64,000 nt of DNA from Candidatus Yanofskybacteria bacterium CG10_big_fil_rev_8_21_14_0_10_36_16 (GTDB lineage Bacteria > Patescibacteriota > Minisyncoccia > 2-02-FULL-40-12 > IGHO2-01-FULL-4-A), in contig PCXQ01000004.1 of the NCBI GenBank assembly GCA_002794035.1, forward strand, positions 187,064 to 251,063, written 5' to 3'. Numbering within the stretch: the first letter of the stretch is position 1; each line of letters begins with the position of its first letter. Below, piece after piece: positions 20,123 to 29,350 of this stretch. A program made the position numbers and the translations under genes. Below the pieces are notes generated by a model. It made no database searches and was not told the DNA's origin. It worked only from the letters and a program-made list of their open reading frames with translations.

Positions 20123-21241
20123 TTATTTCACGGGAGATTGGAATGTTTTGATTGCCGATTCAAAGACTTTTGTGGCTTCGCTTTCTGTGTCATATGGAAA
20201 ATGCAAAATAGTTAAAGCCCATTGAGTATTTACCAAATAGACATATCTTATAGCCTGCCCGCTGGCACCGGCAGCATCCAGCACAGCTCTTTTCATTGAA
20301 AGGCCATTTATTGTTATATCCTCTCTGTCTGCCATAGCATTCTGCTCAAGCCAATCTTCATAACTTTCAATAGCAGGAGAATCAAAAATATTTTCTACGT
20401 TGATAATAAAATAAGAACCAAGCGCCCACCCCTCGGTATCCTGAGGAATTTGAACTGTTTCAGTAGGTGTAAAAATCACACCTTGATCTACTTCGTGCCA
20501 AAACCAATTTGTTGGAATATCGATAGAATAACTAACTGGTGATTTAGACTGAACAAAAGTTTTTAAGTTTGCACGACTTATGACAAGAGAATCAAGAATC
20601 TTTTCAAATTCTTCCAACGAAAGCTCTTCCGGATTGGAATTGTAAAAAACTATTCCTGAAAATTGACCGCTCTTTAAGTTCACAAGTCCTGCTAATCTGC
20701 CCTCGCCTACCCCAAACACAGGACCTTCGACACCACTTCTTTCGCCTTCAAAACTTTTATCATCTAAAATTAACATTTCTCCAAAGTCTTTTTGAATTAC
20801 TTTGTATGGCTCTATTTTCATATCCGGTTTTACTGATACAAATTTAAAATAATATTTTCCGTCTTCTTTTCTAAAACCTCTAGTATCAGTAATCAAGCCT
20901 TCTCTACCAGCGCTAAAGTCATCTGTGATTCCCCCGAATTCAAGACCTGAGAAATTAGAAAAGGTTCCTACCAATTTGTTTCCCGTTGTTCCGCCAGGCC
21001 TTCTGCCCGGTTCATATATATCAGCAGATACATTTCCAAACTCTGCAGGATATTCAAAATATAGCCCCAAATCTTCGTCTTTAAAGAAAGACAGATTTTC
21101 ATTATTTTCAACATCGTTTTTATCCCTAGTTAAATAGATTGCAAAAAAAGTTCCAAGCAATAAAGATATTACGAAAAATACTAAGGTTACAGATTGTTTT
21201 TTATTCATCCCCTCACTCATTAAGAATAAATCTAAAGCCAA
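20123..21241 (-). CDS. Membrane-anchored exported protein with PsbP/Mog1-like domains
   Basis: N-terminal TM; F.DEDLGLYFEYP and YSIDIPTNW..F...I.TFQ motifs. Confidence 0.65.
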   Translation of the reverse strand: MALDLFLMSEGMNKKQSVTLVFFVISLLLGTFFAIYLTRDKNDVENNENLSFFKDEDLGLYFEYPAEFGNVSADIYEPGRRPGGTTGNKLVGTFSNFSGLEFGGITDDFSAGREGLITDTRGFRKEDGKYYFKFVSVKPDMKIEPYKVIQKDFGEMLILDDKSFEGERSGVEGPVFGVGEGRLAGLVNLKSGQFSGIVFYNSNPEELSLEEFEKILDSLVISRANLKTFVQSKSPVSYSIDIPTNWFWHEVDQGVIFTPTETVQIPQDTEGWALGSYFIINVENIFDSPAIESYEDWLEQNAMADREDITINGLSMKRAVLDAAGASGQAIRYVYLVNTQWALTILHFPYDTESEATKVFESAIKTFQSPVK

Positions 21242-21423
21242 ATCTTGACCTATGATTATATTCTTAAAAATTAATTAAATGATAGCAGTATTTTACAAGC
21301 GAAACCCCACAATACAAAGACAAATTCTTCATGAGTGTGGGGATTCATGTTTTTATTTAACCAGACAATAGGCAAAAATAAAACCCCCACAACGGCGAGG
21401 GTTTGTGAAAATATACAGAGAAA

Positions 21424-21984
21424 TTAATCTAAAACAGGATCTTTAAAACCAGATTCTCGGATATTTTTAGAACTAGAGACCCTAGAAAAACTATCTGGCG
21501 TTATATTGCCCTGTTCTAAAATTGAATCTTGTAATCTTTTTCGTCTTTCTTTGTCTTCCTGTTTATATGATCTATGAAAGGGCCTCTCGGAAGCAATCTT
21601 AAGTTTTCTTAAAATTCTTTCAACGTCAATCTCATGCAAACTTAAGGCAATTCTTAAAACATCCTCATCTGATGATTTTCTTTCAGGAGCAAGCGGACAA
21701 ACCAGTTCTCCAGTTTCCAAATCAACAGAAACATGATAACAACCATCACGGCAACTACTTGTTATTACCCAATATCCAGAACGATAAGCACGCATATACT
21801 GATCTGCATATCCTGTCCTACCATCGGCCTGCAAGGCAAGGTAAGGAACTTGTTGCCAAAGAGATCTTTGCAGTCTTGAAATTTCACGTATTTTATCAAT
21901 TAATTCTTTTGCGGTAGACCCAATTTCTTCGAAAATATCTTGTGGTATCATCGAAACTCTCCTATATAAAAATACTACTGACAT
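21424..21984 (-). CDS. Hypothetical protein
   Basis: 186-aa ORF with its own terminator; real start probably the internal ATG after GGAG. Confidence 0.65.
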   Translation of the reverse strand: MSVVFLYRRVSMIPQDIFEEIGSTAKELIDKIREISRLQRSLWQQVPYLALQADGRTGYADQYMRAYRSGYWVITSSCRDGCYHVSVDLETGELVCPLAPERKSSDEDVLRIALSLHEIDVERILRKLKIASERPFHRSYKQEDKERRKRLQDSILEQGNITPDSFSRVSSSKNIRESGFKDPVLD

Positions 21985-22066
21985 ACTATAGTAAAAGTTA
22001 GCCTTTTACAAACAGTCTTATATACACAAACAAAAACCCCGCCAAATACGGGGCTTCTATATAATT

Positions 22067-22786
22067 TTATCTCTTTCCAGTTAGTTCAGCCCAATGGGTT
22101 TTAGGTCTAAACCTTTGAGACCCATTGGCACACAACTCGCATTCACTTGCCTCTACTGCCCAAACCCTTTTTTCAATCAAAGATATAACCCCCCTATCTC
22201 CATAATAACTTACGGGCAACTCAGGAGGACGATGAACCAAAACACCGATAAAAGGCACCCAATTCACGGGGCTGTAATTACCTTCATCAACTGCTTCCTT
22301 GACTGCGTTTAATGTTGTAGAGGTAGTAATAAGCTCCTCAATCTGTAGCACTGTCTCCCCTTCCGGAATTTGGACTCTTTTCCAGAGCATTTTTCCATTT
22401 TGGCTAGGATCTTTTTCTGTGAACATAAAAATCTTTGCACCAAGCGCTCTGGCTACATCGTGGCCAAAAGTTATACCAGCCATTGGTGAACCAATTACCC
22501 AATCTATTTTTTCATTGGGCATATAAAATCTAATTTTACGAGCCATCTGATTTGCCAGAATCTCAGAAAGATTCAAGTACTTTAACACCCGCAAACAATC
22601 AAAAAAACCATTACTGCACTTTCCTGAGGTAAGTTCCACATGAGGGTCTTCTATTTTACCGCTATGCATCCAATAAGCATCGCAAACATCAAACCATTTT
22701 AACATTGTTGAGATAGGAACATTTATATCTTTAAAATCCTCAGGTCGTAATCTCTCCACTTCTTTTAAAGTCATCTTAGCCTCCAA
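22067..22786 (-). CDS. pyrE: Orotate phosphoribosyltransferase-like protein
   Basis: H.ELTSGKCS.GFF, GSPMAGITFGHDVAR, degenerate PRPP motif LQIEELITT, C-terminal CxxC. Confidence 0.7.
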   Translation of the reverse strand: MEAKMTLKEVERLRPEDFKDINVPISTMLKWFDVCDAYWMHSGKIEDPHVELTSGKCSNGFFDCLRVLKYLNLSEILANQMARKIRFYMPNEKIDWVIGSPMAGITFGHDVARALGAKIFMFTEKDPSQNGKMLWKRVQIPEGETVLQIEELITTSTTLNAVKEAVDEGNYSPVNWVPFIGVLVHRPPELPVSYYGDRGVISLIEKRVWAVEASECELCANGSQRFRPKTHWAELTGKR

Positions 22787-22871
22787 CCTAAACTATATGC
22801 CCCATTTTTATAACAAAAAAGGCGCGCCAATCGTCAAGCCGCCCTTAATACAAATCTTAATAAATTTTTTA

Positions 22872-23219
22872 TTATTCTTCAGGTGCTATTTCTTCTGCAC
22901 CATCCTTATTCTTCAAATAGGCCTGAACTTCTTCATCAGCAGGATCGTTCTCAGGAAGCCCTGAGGAATTAAGCGCATTAACAAGCGCTTCTTCTATCTG
23001 GGGTGAAACATGTGTAATACTCTTTAAATGTTCAAAAAATAGTCTACCCATTGATAAAGAAAAAACGGCAGGCCACCTCATATCTCTTCCTTCAAAAAAT
23101 AAATAGGCATGCGGAAAGGGACTGCCACAATTGCACATTTCGAATTTTATTTCTGACACCTCTTTCGGTGTTTCTTCCGGCATTCGGGGCTGTTCCGACA
23201 CTTGGTTTCTTCCTCTCAA
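22872..23219 (-). CDS. Hypothetical protein with CNCGSPFPH motif
   Basis: ORF with its own promoter and terminator. Confidence 0.55.
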   Translation of the reverse strand: MRGRNQVSEQPRMPEETPKEVSEIKFEMCNCGSPFPHAYLFFEGRDMRWPAVFSLSMGRLFFEHLKSITHVSPQIEEALVNALNSSGLPENDPADEEVQAYLKNKDGAEEIAPEE

Positions 23220-23307
23220 ATATTATGATTATTGTATGGCTTTTTTAAATGTGCTGAAAATATTTTATATTATTTCATAAATTATGTCAAATATTTATTA
23301 TTCGGTT

Positions 23308-24012
23308 TCAAGCCAACTCTTTCCATATTCTTTCAGCCAATAATGCAATATCTTTTCTTGCCCTATTAACACATGATTGTGCCTTCCTTCTATAATTAGG
23401 CATATGCTGACGAGTTATAATTTTTCTGGGGAATAATGAATCCCCATACTTTATAACCCCCGAACCGCTGTAACCTTGAAATGTTGAACCAGCCCATCCC
23501 TCACTTCCAAAATATAATCGCTTACTTGTTTGCTCAAGCAAACTGCTAATATTTGACATAGAATCCTCACTGCCTGATACCGTTGCTATGTCAAAATCCA
23601 AGTTTAATTCTCGCAAAATATTGCTAAGTATTAAAATGCTTCTTCCGGTATCTATGCACTCTGTAACTAACAATACGTGTGTTGGAGCAATCTTCTTTAC
23701 CAGCTCTTTTATCTTGCAAAATGTTTCCGTATTGCCATGTCGGCCACCGGAAACAAAACGAATATCTGTTTTAGACAAACCCTTCCCCATCTGAAACCTG
23801 TCGATAAGCCTTTTTATAAAAAGACTTACTAATCTACCGCTGGCATCATCGCTTAAAATAAAATCATAAGTTTTTCCTGATTGAATAATCTTTTTAGCTA
23901 AAACAAAAAGAGTTGGCGCTATCTCTCTAATCTTTTCTAATTCAATATCTTCAAGCATAGATTCTCTGAAACTCGGCTCATAATTTCCAGATTCTTTCTG
24001 AACTTCGTACAT
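23308..24012 (-). CDS. Phosphoribosyltransferase-fold hypothetical protein
   Basis: LSDDASGR and VLLVTECIDTGRS (PRPP-binding-like); GGAGG SD. Confidence 0.65.
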   Translation of the reverse strand: MYEVQKESGNYEPSFRESMLEDIELEKIREIAPTLFVLAKKIIQSGKTYDFILSDDASGRLVSLFIKRLIDRFQMGKGLSKTDIRFVSGGRHGNTETFCKIKELVKKIAPTHVLLVTECIDTGRSILILSNILRELNLDFDIATVSGSEDSMSNISSLLEQTSKRLYFGSEGWAGSTFQGYSGSGVIKYGDSLFPRKIITRQHMPNYRRKAQSCVNRARKDIALLAERIWKELA

Positions 24013-24173
24013 CTATACCTCCATCCAATTTTTAATTTTAAAAAACTATATTGATAATACCACAAAAATTAATACTGGTCAATAAAATACTTCCTTTTAA
24101 TAACCCCCAGATCAAAACAAAAAGGGGCCAATAAATAGCCCTTTGAAAATATTTTTAAAGTTTTAAATAACTC

Positions 24174-24413
24174 TTAAGCAAAAAGAAGCCAGTACCAAAC
24201 TCCGAGAAATAGCGCAAACACAAAAACTCTTAGCAGCTTCGAAAAAATAAAACTTGAGCTATTGAAGCCATTATCTTCATACCCCAATTTATCTAAAACC
24301 GAATGATTATCTTTTTCAAATCGTTCAATCCCCAATCTGTAAGCTTCTGCTAACAAATTAACGAATCCCAGACAAAAGAAAAACCATGCCAACACAATCT
24401 TAAAAAACAACAT
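24174..24413 (-). CDS. Small two-TM protein
   Basis: AGGAGGT SD and two hydrophobic helices. Confidence 0.65.
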   Translation of the reverse strand: MLFFKIVLAWFFFCLGFVNLLAEAYRLGIERFEKDNHSVLDKLGYEDNGFNSSSFIFSKLLRVFVFALFLGVWYWLLFA

Positions 24414-24446
24414 TCTTCCACCTCCTTTACGTTTTCGTAAAAAAAT

Positions 24447-24713
24447 CTACCTTAAAACATGCGCATTAAAGAAACTAAGTAGCCAAGACTGGTCTGTAGA
24501 TAAATAACGAGTGGCCCACATAATAATATTGGCAATTACTGCACAAACGGTTATTGCATAAGCAATAAGAAACCCAATTTCTTTAGATGTCTTAAGTGCA
24601 TAAACAGCAACGACTATAGACACACTGGTAAACCCAATCAAAACAGGCATTTGAAAAAAGTACCCAACAACAAATCCAACAAGAATCAAAAGGATAGCCG
24701 TAACTAAACCCAT
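24447..24713 (-). CDS. Small membrane protein
   Basis: Very hydrophobic 88 aa; TTGACA promoter upstream. Confidence 0.65.
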   Translation of the reverse strand: MGLVTAILLILVGFVVGYFFQMPVLIGFTSVSIVVAVYALKTSKEIGFLIAYAITVCAVIANIIMWATRYLSTDQSWLLSFFNAHVLR

Positions 24714-24805
24714 TACACACCTTCTCTAAATTGTTAAACAACTTGCTAGAATATACTACATGATTATATTTATGTCAAGACAAATTAAAACCGAGCTAAG
24801 CTCGG

Positions 24806-24988
24806 CTAATGTGTTCTTGTAAACCTTCCGCGGGCGGATAGATCATACGGGGAATTTGTTCTTGGTATATTTTTTCGTATATATTTTTGAGCTTGGTTTC
24901 TTTCACGTTCTTTTTTGATATAGTCTGCCGTCCTATTAATATCATATGGATTTCTGTCAGCACTGGAACCCTGAGAATCCTTTGCCAC
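24806..24988 (-). CDS. Small basic hypothetical protein
   Basis: 60-aa ORF with SD-like sequence and a terminator. Confidence 0.5.
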   Translation of the reverse strand: MAKDSQGSSADRNPYDINRTADYIKKERERNQAQKYIRKNIPRTNSPYDLSARGRFTRTH

Positions 24989-25107
24989 CTTTCACTCCTA
25001 ATTATTATAGGTACTAAATCAAATTTAACATATAAAATTTAAACCGTCTACCCAACATCCCATCTATTAAAAAGGCCCGCCCTGGCAGGTCATTTTAAAA
25101 ATTAAAA

Positions 25108-25437
25108 TCAGAAACGGCCACTTGAAACAAAGTGTTCAATTTCAGTTATTAAATTGCACTCAAGACATAGAACAAAATATTCTGTTAGCCAAGAATCCCC
25201 TTCCGGGCTATCCACAGTTTGCACATAATGCTTAACGACTGGTTGCATGTGATAACATTTTGAACAAGTGTATTGATTAACTTGGTCTAAACTTACTACT
25301 AAATACCCATGGGGCACACCATCATACCTTATACCGGCCCATCCCCCTGTTTGAGATATTGATGCTAAATATTTTTTCCACTCATACTGTGTCTTATACA
25401 ACTTTATGCCTTCAGGTAGAAATTCTAGAACAACCAC
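25108..25437 (-). CDS. Small putative Zn-binding protein (CSKC...CLEC)
   Basis: Two CxxC pairs; promoter and terminator present. Confidence 0.6.
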   Translation of the reverse strand: MVVLEFLPEGIKLYKTQYEWKKYLASISQTGGWAGIRYDGVPHGYLVVSLDQVNQYTCSKCYHMQPVVKHYVQTVDSPEGDSWLTEYFVLCLECNLITEIEHFVSSGRF

Positions 25438-25640
25438 TGGGTTAGAATCACGATCAACAAAAAAATATATATTCTTGTATCTTTGTCAATATTAATTATT
25501 TTTTAAATTAAAAGGGTTTCCTTTGAAAAATCCAAAAAGCAATCACAAGGTTTTTTCTTTAGAATTTCTTACTGTAAAAGTTTTGTGAATAAATATCCCA
25601 CAACCTTATGGTTTTATGATTGAGGCAACTAACCTAAAAA

Positions 25641-26132
25641 TTAATTGAGGGCCCAAATAGCGTAATTTAAATATGTTGCAAAGCTAACCCAAAGAAGATA
25701 AGGAACCAGAAGATATGCAGCTAGCTTTGATATTTTATAAAAAACCTTGATTGTCCAAACAATAGCAAACCAAAGCACCACAATATCAACCAGAGCCAAT
25801 CCTGGATTTTTAAAGCCAAAGAAAATAATTGACCAAATAGCATTTAATAAAAGTTGAAAACCAAAAATACTAAGCGCCGTTCTTACACTCCTTTGACTCC
25901 AGCCATTCCGCCACACTAAAAATGCAGCAACACCCATTAGTGTATAAAGAATTGTCCAAACGGGTCCGAACACCCAAGCGGGAGGGTTCAATGCCGGCTT
26001 TGTAATTGTAGCGTACCAATTTGGAATTGCAGAAAAAGTAAACAGAGAACCGATAACCCCAGCTGACTGGGAAACAGTAATAGCAATTACTAATTTAAAA
26101 AAAATATTTATCTTCATACTATAATTATACAA
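25641..26132 (-). CDS. tspO: TspO/MBR tryptophan-rich sensory protein
   Basis: WY..I.KPALNPPAWVFGPVWTILY, LN..WS.IFFG, LLVPYLLWVSFA.YLN. Confidence 0.93.
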   Translation of the reverse strand: MYNYSMKINIFFKLVIAITVSQSAGVIGSLFTFSAIPNWYATITKPALNPPAWVFGPVWTILYTLMGVAAFLVWRNGWSQRSVRTALSIFGFQLLLNAIWSIIFFGFKNPGLALVDIVVLWFAIVWTIKVFYKISKLAAYLLVPYLLWVSFATYLNYAIWALN

Positions 26133-26222
26133 AAAAACACTGTTTTACACAGTATCCCTTACCCCAACTACACAAAAAAAAATAATCAAATTAAAGTAAA
26201 GCCCCGCTATAGCGGGGCAAAA

Positions 26223-26420
26223 TCATCTCCAGACAGAAAAACCTTTTTGTTTAAACCATTTCTTAACTTTACAGGTATCACGATCAAAACTTTCAATAGA
26301 AACAAAATAATCTCTCACTTCGCCATTTATAGCCGAAGCGCAAATTTCTGCATCTCGCTTATTCTTAAAACTCCCATAAAATTTTAAACCACCTTCATCA
26401 ATAAGATCAAACACCGCCAT
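26223..26420 (-). CDS. Hypothetical protein, paralog of 26433-26708
   Basis: Shares F.N..DAE.CA...N.EVRDY...GFSVW with its neighbour. Confidence 0.7.
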   Translation of the reverse strand: MAVFDLIDEGGLKFYGSFKNKRDAEICASAINGEVRDYFVSIESFDRDTCKVKKWFKQKGFSVWR

Positions 26421-26432
26421 ACCACATACTCC

Positions 26433-26708
26433 TTATGTAATATTAAAATCTTGTGTTTTTTTAGGACTAACCCAGACAGAAAAACCGACGGTCTTCTCCC
26501 ATGAAGTAACCCGGCCAGTTTGTGGATCATATGAGATAATATCCACCCCATAATCACGCACTTCGTGATTGCCACCAAAAGCACAATCTTCAGCATCTTC
26601 CCTATTGTTAAAGGTTGCGAAAAAATATTTACCGTCTTTGAAAAATCTATAGAGTAATTCATGATCCTGTTTATCACTTGGATCAAACATTCTTGTTTTC
26701 TCCTTCAA
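26433..26708 (-). CDS. Hypothetical protein, paralog of 26223-26420
   Basis: Same shared motif; TTGACA promoter upstream. Confidence 0.7.
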   Translation of the reverse strand: MKEKTRMFDPSDKQDHELLYRFFKDGKYFFATFNNREDAEDCAFGGNHEVRDYGVDIISYDPQTGRVTSWEKTVGFSVWVSPKKTQDFNIT

Positions 26709-26842
26709 TTAAGTTTTAATTAACTGAAATAAATATATCACGACAATACACTGCTGTCAAATATAAGTGTCCATACATTTTCTGAGGTTGTAATCAAGGA
26801 CAGATTTGTAATTAAAAAGACCGATTTCTCGGTCTATAAATT

Positions 26843-27199
26843 TCATGATGCCTTTAAAATATTCATCAAGCTTTCTATTTTCTCATTAATCTCTTTTGCC
26901 TCATCATAGCTTCTTTCTTTAACCACCACAAACAGCTCAGTCTCCAGCTCATTGATCAGCACCCTTATAAATGTCGGATTGCCTGATTTCAAATATACCC
27001 CGTTCACTCTTTCATCAAATTGATTAACTTCATACCTAGCATCTTCAAAATCAAACTCACAGCTTAAAGCTTCTGCAAATGCTGATTTACTTCCAGGAAC
27101 ATGTTTAACCCTATCTGCCTCAAGAGCATCAAGAAATAAATTGAGCCTGGAAAATGGTAAATTCGTTGCAATATGTTTGCGATTCTCTGGAACGGCCAT
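26843..27199 (-). CDS. Hypothetical protein
   Basis: AAGGAG SD, promoter and terminator. Confidence 0.65.
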   Translation of the reverse strand: MAVPENRKHIATNLPFSRLNLFLDALEADRVKHVPGSKSAFAEALSCEFDFEDARYEVNQFDERVNGVYLKSGNPTFIRVLINELETELFVVVKERSYDEAKEINEKIESLMNILKAS

Positions 27200-27282
27200 T
27201 TCTTTCTCCTTTCATTCACTTATTAAAGTATTGGAATTATAGCACCGAATTATATCTTGTCCAGCCAAACTGGATTATCATG

Positions 27283-27534
27283 TCATGCATTTATCTGCAT
27301 TTTCATTTTTCTCCACCGTTGAATCCCGCCAAAAGCAGTAAAGACAAAGAAATAACCCTGCACAACGAATGCTCGCCACGCTTCAGCGTAATAAGTTTCA
27401 ATGCCTGTACCCAATTGTCCAATGAGCATTCCTATAGTAAAGATAATGAATTTCTTGTCGGAAAGCTTTCCCCCACAGTAGGAAAACCATCCCCATGCTA
27501 TAAGTTGAGTACTTATCATAACCCAAAGAATCAT
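27283..27534 (-). CDS. Small three-TM membrane protein
   Basis: AAGGAG SD; three hydrophobic helices, size similar to SemiSWEET/PnuC half-transporters. Confidence 0.6.
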   Translation of the reverse strand: MILWVMISTQLIAWGWFSYCGGKLSDKKFIIFTIGMLIGQLGTGIETYYAEAWRAFVVQGYFFVFTAFGGIQRWRKMKMQINA

Positions 27535-27887
27535 TGATGTTCTCCTTGTTCTTGCAAATACTATAAAATTACCTGCCGACCCAACCGTGGCGGGAGAAGA
27601 AAGCTCACAACATACAATTTGGCTCCCGAATTAAAACTTTCACAAACCCCGAAGGAGAACAAGTTTCCTAAGGTGCATGCTTTTGAAATTATTTTACCAA
27701 ATCTAATACATAAATCCGAAACCCTCCTTCGCACAAAACTACGGAAGAGCGCAGAGCGAAACCTGAAATGATGCACCCGCCTCTATTTTTCTGGAGCAAA
27801 GGAGGTAGGACAGCAAACTCATCCAAGCGGACTTCTGCTTTCTTTTTTTAAAAAATTGACATCTACTGTATTTGCCCCATAGCATCA

Positions 27888-28937
27888 CTAGCGGATATTG
27901 TTTATAGAATTCTTTGCTGTATCATGTTTGACTTTCATGATATTGCTCAGCGTCTCTATAGTAAATGCTCTTGTTTCAAACAAAACAAGCACCTCATCGT
28001 CAATTTCTGGTAAAATTGCTTTTGTTTCAGATTCTATATCACTGACAGCAACGAGTTTCTTAAAAAGAAAAGAGTGCCAAGGATATGCAACCTTTACCAA
28101 CCTGTCCTGTATAACCTCGGCACGCACAACAAGAGAAGTGTTAAAGATACCGAGAAAACGGGCTGGCATTTCATATTCAATTTTCACTTTTTCTTCATCA
28201 ACTTGAATGGATTTCACATTTTCGTCTTTCAACAAAATTCCTTTGGCAAAATTTTCCAGCTCTTGTCCTGATTTCACTTGAGAGTGCTCTTTTACAGTTT
28301 CAAGAAAATCGCTTTTCTCTTTCTCATCCCATTCGCGAATCTCTCGTGCTTCTATCGAAATAGTATTCCTCTGCAAAAAATCTAAATCACTCTCATTATA
28401 TTGAACAACTGCTTCTCTTTCTATATGGTCAGGGTCGCCTTCTACTGGATCTATTTCTAAAATAGCAGGACCTGCCGCATTATCGTTTGTGCTATCGGTC
28501 ACAGAGGATGGATTTACTACCTCTATTATGGCAGGGCCTGGAGCACTTTCACCCTCACTCTCAAGAGTGCTCACAATCTGCACAGCGCCAACAACGATTG
28601 TTCGTCCGTTTGAATCGGCAGTTACAAATTCAAATTCATATGTTCCTGCCATGGGTGGTGTTACGTAAATTACATTTCCGCTTTGTGTACTAAATTTATA
28701 TGGACCAGACGTTTGACGCCATGAATAGGTACGCATAGTTCCATCGTCTATACTCGTTGATCCGTCGAGTATGAATCTTTGTCCAACCATACCCTCAACA
28801 CTTGTTGCCTTAACCTCTCCTTTAATATCGCCGAGTTTTATATAATAATCAGTCGCCGCGTACACTGATGCAACTGTCCCCAAAAAGACCACAAACATCA
28901 AGGTAGAAAGTATTGTTTTTTTGATATATATTTTCAT
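27888..28937 (-). CDS. Secreted PKD/Ig-domain protein carrying Hcp-, VgrG- and T3SS-needle-like short motifs
   Basis: Signal peptide (VYA|A); PKD-like LDGSTS.DDG...YSWRQTSGP...GTYEF; motifs detailed in findings. Confidence 0.75.
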   Translation of the reverse strand: MKIYIKKTILSTLMFVVFLGTVASVYAATDYYIKLGDIKGEVKATSVEGMVGQRFILDGSTSIDDGTMRTYSWRQTSGPYKFSTQSGNVIYVTPPMAGTYEFEFVTADSNGRTIVVGAVQIVSTLESEGESAPGPAIIEVVNPSSVTDSTNDNAAGPAILEIDPVEGDPDHIEREAVVQYNESDLDFLQRNTISIEAREIREWDEKEKSDFLETVKEHSQVKSGQELENFAKGILLKDENVKSIQVDEEKVKIEYEMPARFLGIFNTSLVVRAEVIQDRLVKVAYPWHSFLFKKLVAVSDIESETKAILPEIDDEVLVLFETRAFTIETLSNIMKVKHDTAKNSINNIR

Positions 28938-29350
28938 ACTATTTCTGTTACATAGTAACAGAAATGGTGATAAATAGCCACCAGAAGAATCTAAAGAAAT
29001 CTCTTTGCCAAAAAGTTTCTTTTAAACATTGCTTATTCCCCCGAAAGCATTAAAATCTGTTTCATTTCCCGCCAAAGTGTCCCGCCGGAGGCGGGACACG
29101 GAGCGAAGCCCAGCCCCGCCAATGGCGAGGATGAGCAACATGCTGGCCGGCAAGGCAGAGCGAACACTTTCATCTTCAAAAAATGAGTTCATGTCTATTT
29201 TTTGGCTCTGGGAACATGGGGCACCAAAGGACAGCAATAAAGACCCCGAAAGGGATCTGACCCCTTTCGTTATTTTAAAATTTTGATTTTGGTATAAAAG
29301 TATGTTAAATAATTTAATATACTTAAGTACTTTGACAAAAGGAAGAAAAA

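Noticed and set aside
21380-28937. Prophage or a true T6SS/eCIS locus
   Set aside because: No integrase, terminase, capsid, sheath or baseplate genes; only short motifs within one protein
28980-29345. Cobalamin riboswitch upstream of the mutase
   Set aside because: No B12-box, GCCACTG or AGGGAA-type conserved elements are visible; the segment resembles repeat-like hairpins
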